Counted from the stretch's first letter, positions 8,051 to 17,796 are shown. The stretch: DNA of 48,936 bases from Gemmatimonadota bacterium (GCA_036679605.1 JAZDCZ010000173.1:1-48936), one strand, 5' to 3'. Notes: generated by a model from the letters alone, not told the origin. Program-made: numbers and translations.

Positions 8051-8151
8051 GGTGCCAATGTAATCACTTGGCTTTGGAGTGCACCGGGACACAGGCCGGG
8101 GTAAAGTGGACCTTTCTGAGGCGTTTGTCGTATCAGGTAGTTCAAACTAAC

Positions 8152-8459
8152 TTGACAACGGGTTGCCCTGGCGGACATTCACAGGTTTCATTGTTGTGTG
8201 CGCAACCTGCATTCCTAGTTCTGTGGCTGCATTAGCAGTCTCCCTCGCAGAGTGATGGAGTGGTTGTTCGGGTGGGCGAGTCAAGAAGGGTAAACCCTTA
8301 AAGTTCAAGCCATTAGGTGGTTTGATTGCAGGAATCCTGTGGCGCTCATTTGCGTCAAAACGTTGGATGTTGGCGATGGGCCCGCGAAATCTGGAAAACG
8401 GGCCAGCGCGCGAAGGAGGGTTCGCGTGTTTTTACACCATTTGAACGGAGGTGTTGGTT
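8152..8459 (+). promoter_or_regulatory. Putative promoter and long structured 5' leader of susC
   Basis: TTGACA(8152)-N16-GACATT, several hairpins, a terminator-like stem plus T5 at 8406-8433, and RBS GGAGG at 8447. Confidence 0.5.
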
Positions 8460-11423
8460 ATGAAATTTAGGTCTAGTCTTTTTGCTGTGCTGTTTATGCT
8501 GGCCGCCTGGGCCAGCGCAGCCAGCGCACAAACCAGGGTGGTCACCGGCACGGTCAAAGATCAACTGACCGGGCAGCCCCTTGGTGGTGCCGAGGTACTA
8601 ATACCGAATACGACCATTCGCACGACGGTGCGGGAGGACGGGACATTCTCGCTCGGTGTGCCGATCGGTCAGGTGTCCGTGCTGGTCCGGATGATCGGTT
8701 ACCAGCGGGCCCTGATTTCGGTCTCTGGTACCCAAAGGTCACTTGACGTAAGTCTTACGGAAGACGTACTGCGCCTCGACGAAGTCGTTGTGACAGGTCA
8801 GGCCACTGGCGTTGAGCGTCGTAATCTGGCCAACGGGATCACCACGGTTTCAGCGGACGAACTGGATAACGTACCGGCTGCGAGTATAGAGCAGCTGCTT
8901 CAGGGTAAGATTCCCGGTGCCAACATTCAGGGCAACTCCGGTGCGCCGGGCGGCGGTGTACAGGTGGAGTTACGGGGAGTGACCTCGTTCGTTGGCCGGT
9001 CGCCGCTGTATGTAATCGACGGAATCATTCTGAGCGACGTGGCGATCCCGTCCAACATCAATGAAGTGACTAACGCTTCCGGCGGGTCGAATCCAGCACT
9101 CACTCAGGACAACCAGGTCAACCGGATCACCGACCTGAATCCTAGGGACATCGAGACCATCGAGGTTCTGAAGGGTGCGTCGGCGTCCGCGATCTACGGT
9201 TCCAAGGCGTCGAACGGCGTAATTATCATTACGACGAAGCGAGGCAGAGAGGGTCGACCGCAGATCAACGTGTCACAGCGTTTCGGTTTCTTCGATCTCG
9301 CTAACACAATATTCCGCACGTTCGACACCGCTGCCGACGTGGACGCGGTGTTCGGAGCCGGCACGGCAGCAGCCAATAACTTCGATCCCGACCGCAACGT
9401 CGAGGAGATTCTGTCCGGTCGTAACCACCTATCGTACGAGTCCAACATTAGCGTGAGCGGTGGCGATGCGAACACCCGCTATTTCGTCTCCGGCCTGTGG
9501 AAGGACGACGAAGGAGTCATGCAGAACACCGGCTTTGAGAAGCAGGGGCTCCGGGTGAACCTCGATCAAGACATCAGCGATCGAGTCAGGCTGTCCGTGC
9601 AGACCAACCTAATGCACACTAATGCACAGAGGGGTATAAGCAACAACGACAATACCGGCAGCAGCCCAATATTTGCGCTGGCGTTCACTCCGGTGTTCGC
9701 TGACTTGGAGCGGCGGGCCGACGGAACATTCCCCGACAATGCATTCGAGCGTAGCAATCCTCTTCAGACTACGGCTCTGATGTCCAACGATGAAGACGTT
9801 TGGCGTCTAATCGGGTCGGGTCGCTTGGAGATAGATGCGATTCAAAGCGACCGTCATAACGTCCAGTTAATTGGAATAGCCGGTTTTGACAGGTTCTCTC
9901 AAAAGAACGCGTTGCTCTTCCCGCCGGAGCTGCAGTTCGAAGACGACGACGGGCTGCCGGGAACCTCACTCCTCAGTAACAGTGACAACGAGAACATCAA
10001 CCTCAGTGGTAACGTGGTGTGGGGCTTTACGCCTGCGAGCGGAAACTTGACGTTCACGACGTCGGGCGGAATACAGTTCGAGACCACTGACCTAAACACT
10101 TCCCGTATCACGACAAGAAACTTGATTCCCGGCCAGACCAATATCAATCAGGGATCAAATGTACAGGTGGTTGAAGGCAGAGCACGAGTCGAAAGCCTCG
10201 GACTTTATTTGCAGGAAGAGGTTCTCATCAAGGACCGGCTGTTGTTGACAGCAGGTTTCCGCGCAGACCAGTCGAGCGTCAATACGAAGACGGAACACTT
10301 GTTCGTGTATCCCAAAGGCTCAGCGTCCTATCGGTTCGATGTGGGCAGTAGCCTCGTTCAGAGCATCAAGTTCCGGACAGCGTATGGCGAGTCGGGCAAC
10401 CAGCCGTTCTTCGGTCAAAAATTCTCGGCGCTGGAGGGCCGCGTCAATATTGAGAGCATTCTCGGGTTCCAGATTCCAGTGGGCGGAACGATAGCGACGA
10501 TCGCTACGACCGAGATCAAGCCGGAACGGCAGAAAGAAATCGAGGCCGGGTTTGACGCGACTCTTTTCAATGGGCGCGCCAGCCTGGAGTTCACCGGATA
10601 CCACAGGTCAGTGAGTGACCTCCTGCTACCGCGTCAGCTAGCACCTTCGTCGGGATTTACGCAAGAGGTCTTTAATGGCGGAGCGATGCGAGTGAATGGT
10701 GCAGAGTTCGGCATAGCCATAGTTCCGTTCCAGACGCCGGAGTTCTCGTGGGTTTTCCGGTCGACGTTCGGCATGAACCGCAGCAAGATCACCGAACTCC
10801 CTGTGCCCGACTTCCTGGCACCGAACTCTGGTTTCGGGGCCGACCTCGGCCAGTTCTTCATCGAAGCAGGTGCGTCGGCCACTCAGATCGTGGGCAATGT
10901 GCCACAGGCGGGTGGCGGCTCAGCTATCGGCAAGGTCGGAGACTCCAATCCCGATTTCAAGATGGGGTTCACCAACGATATCAGGTTCCACGCATTCAAT
11001 CTGTTCTCGCTCTGGGACTACCAGCAGGGTGGGGATATCGTGAATCTAACGAGACTGCTTTCCGATTTCGGCGCGAACTCGAAGGACTGCACCGACGGTA
11101 GTGCGACGGACCCGTGCATTGTTCGTACTAGTAATTTCGGGACCGATCTTGGATCTACATATATAGAAAGCGCTACCTTCATCAAGCTCCGTGAACTCAC
11201 GCTCTCATGGGATGTACCGCAGAACATAGTGGGCGGAATTTGGGGAGCCGCGCAGAGTGCTAGACTCACAATAAGTGGCCGCAACCTGATCACGATTACC
11301 GACTACTCAGGCTTGGACCCAGAGGTCAGCAACTTCGGTAATCAGGCTATCGGACGGAACATTGACGTGGCGCCGTTCCCGCGCACCAGAAGCTTCTGGT
11401 TCGGGATCGACCTGGGCTTTTAA
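8460..11423 (+). CDS. susC: SusC/RagA family TonB-dependent outer-membrane receptor
   Basis: Signal peptide, carboxypeptidase-regulatory-like N-domain, LDEVVVTG TonB box, PLYVIDG, DLNPRDIETIEVLKGASASAIYGSKASNGVIIITTKRG, YSGLDPE and a C-terminal Phe. Confidence 0.96.
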   Translation: MKFRSSLFAVLFMLAAWASAASAQTRVVTGTVKDQLTGQPLGGAEVLIPNTTIRTTVREDGTFSLGVPIGQVSVLVRMIGYQRALISVSGTQRSLDVSLTEDVLRLDEVVVTGQATGVERRNLANGITTVSADELDNVPAASIEQLLQGKIPGANIQGNSGAPGGGVQVELRGVTSFVGRSPLYVIDGIILSDVAIPSNINEVTNASGGSNPALTQDNQVNRITDLNPRDIETIEVLKGASASAIYGSKASNGVIIITTKRGREGRPQINVSQRFGFFDLANTIFRTFDTAADVDAVFGAGTAAANNFDPDRNVEEILSGRNHLSYESNISVSGGDANTRYFVSGLWKDDEGVMQNTGFEKQGLRVNLDQDISDRVRLSVQTNLMHTNAQRGISNNDNTGSSPIFALAFTPVFADLERRADGTFPDNAFERSNPLQTTALMSNDEDVWRLIGSGRLEIDAIQSDRHNVQLIGIAGFDRFSQKNALLFPPELQFEDDDGLPGTSLLSNSDNENINLSGNVVWGFTPASGNLTFTTSGGIQFETTDLNTSRITTRNLIPGQTNINQGSNVQVVEGRARVESLGLYLQEEVLIKDRLLLTAGFRADQSSVNTKTEHLFVYPKGSASYRFDVGSSLVQSIKFRTAYGESGNQPFFGQKFSALEGRVNIESILGFQIPVGGTIATIATTEIKPERQKEIEAGFDATLFNGRASLEFTGYHRSVSDLLLPRQLAPSSGFTQEVFNGGAMRVNGAEFGIAIVPFQTPEFSWVFRSTFGMNRSKITELPVPDFLAPNSGFGADLGQFFIEAGASATQIVGNVPQAGGGSAIGKVGDSNPDFKMGFTNDIRFHAFNLFSLWDYQQGGDIVNLTRLLSDFGANSKDCTDGSATDPCIVRTSNFGTDLGSTYIESATFIKLRELTLSWDVPQNIVGGIWGAAQSARLTISGRNLITITDYSGLDPEVSNFGNQAIGRNIDVAPFPRTRSFWFGIDLGF

Positions 11424-11425
11424 CC

Positions 11426-12898
11426 GTGAGAGCGGAACTGAGGATTTCTACGATGATTATCAAGAAATTAATCAATAGAACCACGAGGAGGCTGGCGTAT
11501 ATTGTGCCTCTTACAGTCGGGTTGTCGTTCGGGGCGTGTAACAGCTTGGAGGCCCCGGATTTCAACAACCCTGGCCTGGACGAACTGACGACTAACCCCA
11601 ACCGTGCGTCGATCCTGACGGCGGCCCAGGGACTCATCATCGGTGCGAGAGCCGGCATTTCCGCCCGCGCCGGATACATCTCGTCGCTTGGCATTATGGG
11701 TCGTGAGTCGTACAACTTCGACCCGTCGGACCCTCGGTTCGTTACCGGGTTGTTGGTCGGTCCACTAGATGGATCGAGCAACGCGTTCGGAGGCGCACAC
11801 TGGGTATTTCGTTATAGCAATATCAGAATGGGCAACATAGTGCAGGTCGCGGTAGATGCCGCAGCTGGCGAGTTCACCTCGGAGGAGGCGGAAGCGATCC
11901 GGGGGTTTGCCAAGACCATGCAGGCCCATGATCTGCTCTTGGCGATCAACACCCGCGACACGTTTGGAGCACCCATTGACGTTGATGGTGATCCCACAGG
12001 GGATCCCGCTCCGATCGCTACGAAGGCAGAAGTGCTGACGCGTATCGTGCAATTGCTCGACGATGGGGCGACAGACTTGGCCGCCGGTGGATCGTCGTTC
12101 CCATTCCAGATGAGCAGTGGATTCACCAACTTCAATACTCCGGCGACTTTCGCGACTTTCAACAGGGCACTCAAGGCCAGGGTGGAGGTTTATAGACAGA
12201 ACTGGACCTCGGCGCTGACGGCACTGGGGCAATCGTTCTTGAACGCTGCTCCGAGTGGGGTGAGCGAACTCGAGGTCGGTGTGTTCCACGCGTTCAGTAC
12301 GGCTCCCGGAGATGTTACCAACGGGATTTTCGATCCATCCCGTTTGGTCATAGTGGCTCATCCTTCCATAGTGACGGATGCGCAGGCCGGCGACGACCGG
12401 CTCGCCCGCAAGGTTGTCCAGATCCCGGTGATCGAGGACCAGACGGGTCGCGGAGTTGAGACGGACAGGGCGTACGACATCTATGATGGCTTGGACGCCA
12501 AGATTCCGCTCATCAAGAACGAGGAACTGATTCTGTTGCGGGCTGAGGCTAGCTTGCAGAACGGTGATCTGGCCGGCGCACTGGCCGACATCAACACCGT
12601 CAGGACAGTATCGGGCAATCTACCGGCCATCGCGTCGGCAGCTTGGACGGCCCTGACGCTGACGCAGCAGATCGACGAGTTGCTCTACAATCGCCGGTAC
12701 TCTCTGATGTTCGAGGGTCAACGGTGGATCGACATGCGGCGGTACGACAGGCTCACCGATCTGCCTATCGACATCGACAATACTGGTGCGGTGACTGACT
12801 TCCTGCGGTTCAGTCAGTTCCCATTTCCGGCCAGGGAATGTGATGCGCGAGCCGCTAACCTACCGAGCCAGGGATGCTCGCAGATAGTGGGTTTCTAG
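11426..12898 (+). CDS. susD: SusD/RagB family lipoprotein (start uncertain, possibly 11453)
   Basis: Lipobox SFGAC, EELILLRAEA...ALADINTVR, RRYSLMFEGQRWIDMRR; lies directly after susC. Confidence 0.92.
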   Translation: MRAELRISTMIIKKLINRTTRRLAYIVPLTVGLSFGACNSLEAPDFNNPGLDELTTNPNRASILTAAQGLIIGARAGISARAGYISSLGIMGRESYNFDPSDPRFVTGLLVGPLDGSSNAFGGAHWVFRYSNIRMGNIVQVAVDAAAGEFTSEEAEAIRGFAKTMQAHDLLLAINTRDTFGAPIDVDGDPTGDPAPIATKAEVLTRIVQLLDDGATDLAAGGSSFPFQMSSGFTNFNTPATFATFNRALKARVEVYRQNWTSALTALGQSFLNAAPSGVSELEVGVFHAFSTAPGDVTNGIFDPSRLVIVAHPSIVTDAQAGDDRLARKVVQIPVIEDQTGRGVETDRAYDIYDGLDAKIPLIKNEELILLRAEASLQNGDLAGALADINTVRTVSGNLPAIASAAWTALTLTQQIDELLYNRRYSLMFEGQRWIDMRRYDRLTDLPIDIDNTGAVTDFLRFSQFPFPARECDARAANLPSQGCSQIVGF

Positions 12899-12935
12899 TT
12901 CTGATGTTAGTATCAGATTGATGGGTGAAGTACGG

Positions 12936-12974
12936 GCGCCCCCACATGCCTAGCGTGTGGGGGCGCTTTTTCTT
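12936..12974 (+). terminator. Rho-independent terminator of susCD
   Basis: GCGCCCCCACATGC-cta-GCGTGTGGGGGCGC followed by TTTTTCTT. Confidence 0.88.
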
Positions 12975-13005
12975 GCCAGGATCCATCCTCGGGGCGTCTG
13001 GGTCT

Positions 13006-13941
13006 CTACCTCTGGAAGAAGAAGTAACTAGACTGGCTCAGCACATTCTCGATTTGCCACTGAATAACTAGCCCAGGGCGGGCCTGAATGCGTTCGGTTA
13101 CCGCGGTCTCGCGGGATCCGTCGATGACCTCTGCCAGAAGGTGCATGAGAGACCCCGTGCTTAGGAAGTGAGAGGGAATCTCGAACGTCTCCGAGTTCAT
13201 ACTCGTGACATTCCCCAGTCTCATGCGCGACCCGCCCCGCACTACCGAGACACGCACACTACTCCAGTTATTGTTTTCGATGCTAACGGTAACTCCGGAC
13301 CAATTTTTACCGACAGTTCTGATCTCCACCTCTGCCAAATGAAGTCTTTGAAACAGGTCGGGGAGATCGTCGACCCGTCCAACAGCTACTCCGGTGCGCA
13401 GAGCTTGCTCGCGGCTCAGTGTCAGTAGAGTTCCCGATTCGACCAAACCTACGATTGCTATTCGGTCGTCTACCATTGCCTCTCCGATGCGCGGATCAAG
13501 CCGTCTCCGTTCGACTACCGAACGGAACTCGTTCAGAAGAGCGTTGCGGGCAGCTCTCGGCAAATTTTCATAGGGCGAGGGTGAGCCCGCACCGAGAGAC
13601 GACTTCGGGCCCATGAATATCGAGTCGGCGGCAAGGGCAACTAGTGCGGCCGGGCCCCACGCGTTGCGATTAATCAGGGCGTAGATCGATGTCTCTGCAT
13701 TCTCGATGCTATTTACCAGCAACTGCGCCGCATCCATCCTGCCGCCCCGGGAGTCCAGGTCGAGGATGATTGCTGCTGCACCTTCGTAGGCCGCGATCTC
13801 CAACACGTGTTCGAGGGCCCCGACCAGGTCGATCGTGACCTCTCCCACTACCGGTACGCGATAAACGAGGCTCTGGGCGTCGGCAAACGGCGCAAGACAT
13901 ACAGTCGATGCTGCTACCAGCGGGATCAAGCAGCGTGGCAC
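13006..13941 (-). CDS. Secreted NfeD N-terminal (ClpP/crotonase-like) domain fused to a small C-terminal beta domain
   Basis: Signal peptide, VYRVPVVGEV, IILDLDSRGG, ALAADSIFMGP...LGAG, RDP-like LDPRIGEAMVD, LLTLS. Start placed at GTG 13941 after AGGAG, because the track ORF extends artefactually into the tRNA. Confidence 0.75.
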   Translation of the reverse strand: MPRCLIPLVAASTVCLAPFADAQSLVYRVPVVGEVTIDLVGALEHVLEIAAYEGAAAIILDLDSRGGRMDAAQLLVNSIENAETSIYALINRNAWGPAALVALAADSIFMGPKSSLGAGSPSPYENLPRAARNALLNEFRSVVERRRLDPRIGEAMVDDRIAIVGLVESGTLLTLSREQALRTGVAVGRVDDLPDLFQRLHLAEVEIRTVGKNWSGVTVSIENNNWSSVRVSVVRGGSRMRLGNVTSMNSETFEIPSHFLSTGSLMHLLAEVIDGSRETAVTERIQARPGLVIQWQIENVLSQSSYFFFQR

Positions 13942-14064
13942 AGGACTCCTTCCGACCGCGGTCGCCTCGTTCGGGTTCCGATTCGAGGGAACGCTGGCTA
14001 CCTGTGTGCTACCCCGGAATCGACAAAACTGATTCAACGGGTGAATAGGAAACCGAGAACGTGA

Positions 14065-14151
14065 CGGAGAGGGTGGGATTCGAACCCACGAGACCCGTAA
14101 GAGCCCACCGGTTTTCGAGACCGGCTCCTTCAACCACTCGGACACCTCTCC
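14065..14151 (-). tRNA. tRNA-Ser (anticodon CGA), CCA not encoded
   Basis: GGAGAGG acceptor, TCCGAGTGGTTGAAGGA D-arm, CCGGT-CTCGAAA-ACCGG anticodon arm, long variable arm, GTGGGTTCGAATCCCAC T-arm and discriminator G. A TATAAT lies upstream at 14162-14167. Confidence 0.97.
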
Positions 14152-14265
14152 TCAGGCGTGCATTATAGGTCGCTATTGCCTTACTTTCCAGGGCGCCATG
14201 CAACACAGAGAGGGGTAGTGAGGTGACGCATCGAGCCCAGTGAGCGTCGTAACCGCAGTGATTCG

Positions 14266-14294
14266 TTGACGGGGCCTCTGGTCGCGTCTAACTT
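14266..14294 (+). promoter_or_regulatory. Sigma70 promoter of the pyr operon
   Basis: TTGACG-N17-TAACTT, ending 9 nt before the pyrR ATG. Confidence 0.65.
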
Positions 14295-14303
14295 GCGCCC
14301 GGA

Positions 14304-14852
14304 ATGACTCCCCCAAAAAGAAGCATCCTTCTAGATGCCGCGGCCGTAGCGGAGACTTTGGGACGCATGTCACAGGATGTGATTGCGCTTGCCGGCGGGA
14401 CCAAGGACTTGGTCCTCATCGGAATTCAGCGGCGTGGCGTGGAACTGGCCGAAAGGCTCGCCCACTTGATTGCACAGGTGGAAAGCGTAGAAATTCCGCT
14501 GGGTGCGCTTGATATCACCCTGTATCGCGATGACCTACAGACCATAGGTCCGCGACCCGTTATTGGAGAAACTCGGATACCGATGGAGTTGTCGGGGTGC
14601 TGTGTGGTGATCGTGGACGACGTACTGTATACCGGGCGGACAATCCGGGCCGCTCTCAACGAGCTGGCCGATTTCGGACGTCCTTCGCGGGTCGGACTGG
14701 CTGTGCTGGTAGACCGCGGCGGACGCGAGCTGCCGATCCAAGCCGACATTGTCGGAGAGACCGTGGAGACCCCTGCCGGCACCCGCGTCGATGTGCTTGT
14801 TTCAGAGCTGGACGGCAGGGACGCGGTGGAGCTTGTCGAGGTAGGGCGGTGA
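14304..14852 (+). CDS. pyrR: PyrR (pyr regulator/uracil phosphoribosyltransferase)
   Basis: [44 protein letters not shown]. Confidence 0.96.
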   Translation: MTPPKRSILLDAAAVAETLGRMSQDVIALAGGTKDLVLIGIQRRGVELAERLAHLIAQVESVEIPLGALDITLYRDDLQTIGPRPVIGETRIPMELSGCCVVIVDDVLYTGRTIRAALNELADFGRPSRVGLAVLVDRGGRELPIQADIVGETVETPAGTRVDVLVSELDGRDAVELVEVGR

Positions 14853-15823
14853 GCGAAACACTTGGCAAGGATCTGCTGGGCCTGGAGCACCTCTCCGCTA
14901 GTCAGTTGCAGCTTATTCTCGATACGGCCGAGCCCTTCAAGGAAGTTAGCGAACGGGCGATCAAGAAAGTCCCCACGTTGCGCGGCAAGACGATCGTCAA
15001 CCTCTTCTTCGAGGACTCTACTCGTACGAGAGTGTCGTTCGAGTTCGCAGAAAAGCGTCTGTCTGCCGACACTGTCAATATCAGCGCAAGTGGTTCAGCG
15101 GTCCAGAAGGGCGAGAACCTGGTTGATACCGCGCGAAACCTAGAGGCTATGCGCATCGACATGGTGGTGGTGCGGCACCCCTCATCCGGAGCCGCCCGGT
15201 TTCTTGCCGAGCGGATACCCTCAAACGTCATCAACGCCGGTGATGGTCAGCACGAGCATCCTACCCAGGCTCTGCTGGACATGCTCACGATCCGCGATAC
15301 GCTTGGGACCATCGAAGGGTTAAGGGTGTGTATCTGCGGTGATATCCTGCACAGCAGAGTTGCCAGAAGCAACATCTGGGGACTGCTCAAGATGGGTGCA
15401 GAAGTGGCGGTTTGCGGTCCTCCGTCGCTGCTCCCTGTCGGCATCAAGGATCTGGGAGTGAGCGTCTTCCATCGGATCGAGGAAGCGATCGAGTGGAGTG
15501 ACGTGCTGAATGTTCTGCGGCTGCAGCTCGAGCGGATGCGGTCCGGGTACATTCCCTCGCTACGCGAGTACTACCGTGTGTTTGGCGTGACAGCCGAGCG
15601 GCTAAATAGGGCTCCGAAGGACATAGTGATCCTGCATCCGGGTCCGATCAATCGAGGCGTGGAGATCGATTCTAGAGTGGCCGACGGATCGCACAGTGTG
15701 ATCCTAAATCAGGTGACAAACGGGGTGGCCGTACGGATGGCCGTCCTTTATCTGTTGGCCGGCGGAGCGCCAGATCAGGCAGAGGCAGCGAAGGGAATGA
15801 GCCGGGTTCGGGGGGAGGGATAG
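14849..15823 (+). CDS. pyrB: Aspartate carbamoyltransferase catalytic subunit
   Basis: [54 protein letters not shown] start overlaps the pyrR stop. Confidence 0.97.
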   Translation: MSETLGKDLLGLEHLSASQLQLILDTAEPFKEVSERAIKKVPTLRGKTIVNLFFEDSTRTRVSFEFAEKRLSADTVNISASGSAVQKGENLVDTARNLEAMRIDMVVVRHPSSGAARFLAERIPSNVINAGDGQHEHPTQALLDMLTIRDTLGTIEGLRVCICGDILHSRVARSNIWGLLKMGAEVAVCGPPSLLPVGIKDLGVSVFHRIEEAIEWSDVLNVLRLQLERMRSGYIPSLREYYRVFGVTAERLNRAPKDIVILHPGPINRGVEIDSRVADGSHSVILNQVTNGVAVRMAVLYLLAGGAPDQAEAAKGMSRVRGEG

Positions 15824-15825
15824 GA

Positions 15826-17112
15826 GTGAAACCATTGGTGCTGAAGGGTGGCCGGATCATTGATCCGTCACAAGATCACGATCGAGTTGGTGATTTGCTT
15901 ATCCAAGGTGGCAAGATCGAGGCTGTCGGGAACGATATCGGTGTGCCGGACGGCGCCGACGTTCTGGACGTTTCGAACCTGGTGGTGGCGCCTGGGCTGA
16001 TCGACATACACGTCCACTTGAGGGAGCCGGGTAGCGAAGACGCAGAAACGGTAGCGACCGGAGCCCAGGCGGCGGCGGCAGGAGGCTTCACCGCAGTATG
16101 CGCGATGCCCAACACTGACCCCGTCACTGACAACCAAGCGGCGGTAGGATTCATAGTGAAGCAGGCGGCTGCCGCGCGAGCGGCTCGTGTTTACCCTATC
16201 GGGGCCATATCCCTAGGGCAGCGCGGTGAGAGCCTAGCGGAGTTTGGAGAACTCGTTGGGGCGGGAGCGGTGGCGGTGAGCGACGACGGCCATCCGGTTG
16301 TCTCGAGCCACCTAATGCGAACGGCTCTCGAGTATGCCCTCACGTTCAACATCCCGGTGGCGGATCACTGCGAGGATCCCACTCTGGCATTGGGCGGTGT
16401 CATGCACGAGGGAGAGGTATCGACCCGTCTTGGGCTCAAGGGAATCCCTGCGGCCGCCGAAGAGATCATGGTCGCACGAGATATCTTGTTGGCAGAGCTT
16501 ACACGCGGACATGCGCACTTGTGTCACATCTCGACCAAGCAGTCCGTAGAACTGATTCGTGCGGCGAAAGCGCGCGGGGTCAACGTTACGGCAGAGGCGA
16601 CACCGCACCATTTTACGCTTACACATGCGGCTTGTCAGGGTTACGATACAAACGCCAAAATGAATCCGCCGCTGCGTGAAGAAGCGGATGTGGAAGCGAT
16701 ACGCATGGGGATCAAGGACGGAACCCTGGACGTCATCGTTACCGATCACGCTCCGCATCATTACGAATCCAAGGAACGCGACTTCGATGACGCACCGTTT
16801 GGGATCGTCGGACTGGAGACCGCGCTCGGATTGGGGATCACGGAGCTGGTAGGTACTGGTCTCCTTTCACTGAGTGATTTGATCGCTCACATGAGTACGA
16901 TTCCGAGCAAGATATTTCACCTGCCTGGGGGGACGCTTGCTCGCGGTACAGTTGCCGACGTGGTCGTATTCGATCCAGAGGCCCGAACGATAGTGGATAC
17001 CAATAGATTCTTGTCGAAGAGCCATAATACTCCGTTTGCGGGTCGAGAGCTTCGTGGTGTCGTGCAGAGAACGATAGTTGCGGGCCGATCCGTCTTCGTG
17101 CGCGGCGACTAG
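15826..17112 (+). CDS. pyrC: Dihydroorotase
   Basis: DIHVHLREPG, MPNT, HCED, HIST, PHH, KMNPPLR, TDHAPH, APFGIVGLE. Confidence 0.96.
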   Translation: MKPLVLKGGRIIDPSQDHDRVGDLLIQGGKIEAVGNDIGVPDGADVLDVSNLVVAPGLIDIHVHLREPGSEDAETVATGAQAAAAGGFTAVCAMPNTDPVTDNQAAVGFIVKQAAAARAARVYPIGAISLGQRGESLAEFGELVGAGAVAVSDDGHPVVSSHLMRTALEYALTFNIPVADHCEDPTLALGGVMHEGEVSTRLGLKGIPAAAEEIMVARDILLAELTRGHAHLCHISTKQSVELIRAAKARGVNVTAEATPHHFTLTHAACQGYDTNAKMNPPLREEADVEAIRMGIKDGTLDVIVTDHAPHHYESKERDFDDAPFGIVGLETALGLGITELVGTGLLSLSDLIAHMSTIPSKIFHLPGGTLARGTVADVVVFDPEARTIVDTNRFLSKSHNTPFAGRELRGVVQRTIVAGRSVFVRGD

Positions 17113-17118
17113 AGTCTC

Positions 17119-17796
17119 ATGCGCCGCGACGTAGCCAGGGAAATAGCGCATTGCTGCCGCAGCATGGCGAAACTGGGCCTCATAGCGGGAGCAGACGGCA
17201 ACGTAGCAGTTCGGGTAGGAGACGGTCGGGCGTTGGTGACACCCAGCGGACTTGTGAAGGCCGAGCTTTCAGCCGAGGATATTGTCGAGGTGGACTTGTC
17301 GGGTCGACACTTGCGGGGGCATCGTCGTGCTTCCAGCGAACTCGACATGCATCTGCGTATCTTTCGGCGACGAACCGACGTCGGAGCCGTCGTTCATGCT
17401 CACCCGCCGGTGGCCACGGGGTTCGGAGTAGCCGGGTTGGCATTTGACGACTGTGTACTACCGGAACTTATCTTTCAGGTGGGCCATGTGCCCCTGGTGC
17501 CCTATGGTACTCCGGGCACTCCGGAGCTGGGAGATGTTCTGGAGCCGTACATCGGGAACTATGATGCGGTTATCCTGGCCAATCACGGGGCTGTGACGAT
17601 GGGGAAGACCTTGGAGGATGCTCGCATCAAGATGGAAAGCCTGGAGCACGCGGCGAAGATCATTCTCACCGCTCAGCTCCTAGGAAAGGTGGTCCCGCTG
17701 GACCCCAAGCAGGTGCGACGATTGGAGACATTGCGCAGTGACAGAGAATTGCCAGGTCCGTACCCCGGTTGTCCAACGGACCCCACGGAGGCTTGA
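17119..17796 (+). CDS. Class II aldolase/adducin family protein
   Basis: DGN, TPSG, SSE..MH, VVHAHPP, YGTPGT, LANHG. Confidence 0.9.
   Translation: MRRDVAREIAHCCRSMAKLGLIAGADGNVAVRVGDGRALVTPSGLVKAELSAEDIVEVDLSGRHLRGHRRASSELDMHLRIFRRRTDVGAVVHAHPPVATGFGVAGLAFDDCVLPELIFQVGHVPLVPYGTPGTPELGDVLEPYIGNYDAVILANHGAVTMGKTLEDARIKMESLEHAAKIILTAQLLGKVVPLDPKQVRRLETLRSDRELPGPYPGCPTDPTEA

Noticed and set aside
8180..8460. Known riboswitch (cobalamin, glycine, c-di-GMP, TPP) upstream of the TonB receptor
   Set aside because: Only isolated fragments (CGAAGGAG, GGTAAACC) are present and the full consensus cores were not found. It is retained only as an unknown structured leader.
13942..14145. N-terminal 68 aa of the 379-aa ORF
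   Set aside because: This is read-through of tRNA-Ser and its spacer. The true start is more plausibly GTG 13941.
14000..14151. tRNA-Ser as an integration site for a genomic island
   Set aside because: There is no integrase, and I saw no duplicated tRNA 3' end in the window.
14597..14848. N-terminal extension of PyrB in the ORF track
   Set aside because: It overlaps pyrR in another frame. The same applies to the track extensions of BatD (28530), MutL (31022), MiaA (32745), BirA (35151) and the 46180 ORF.
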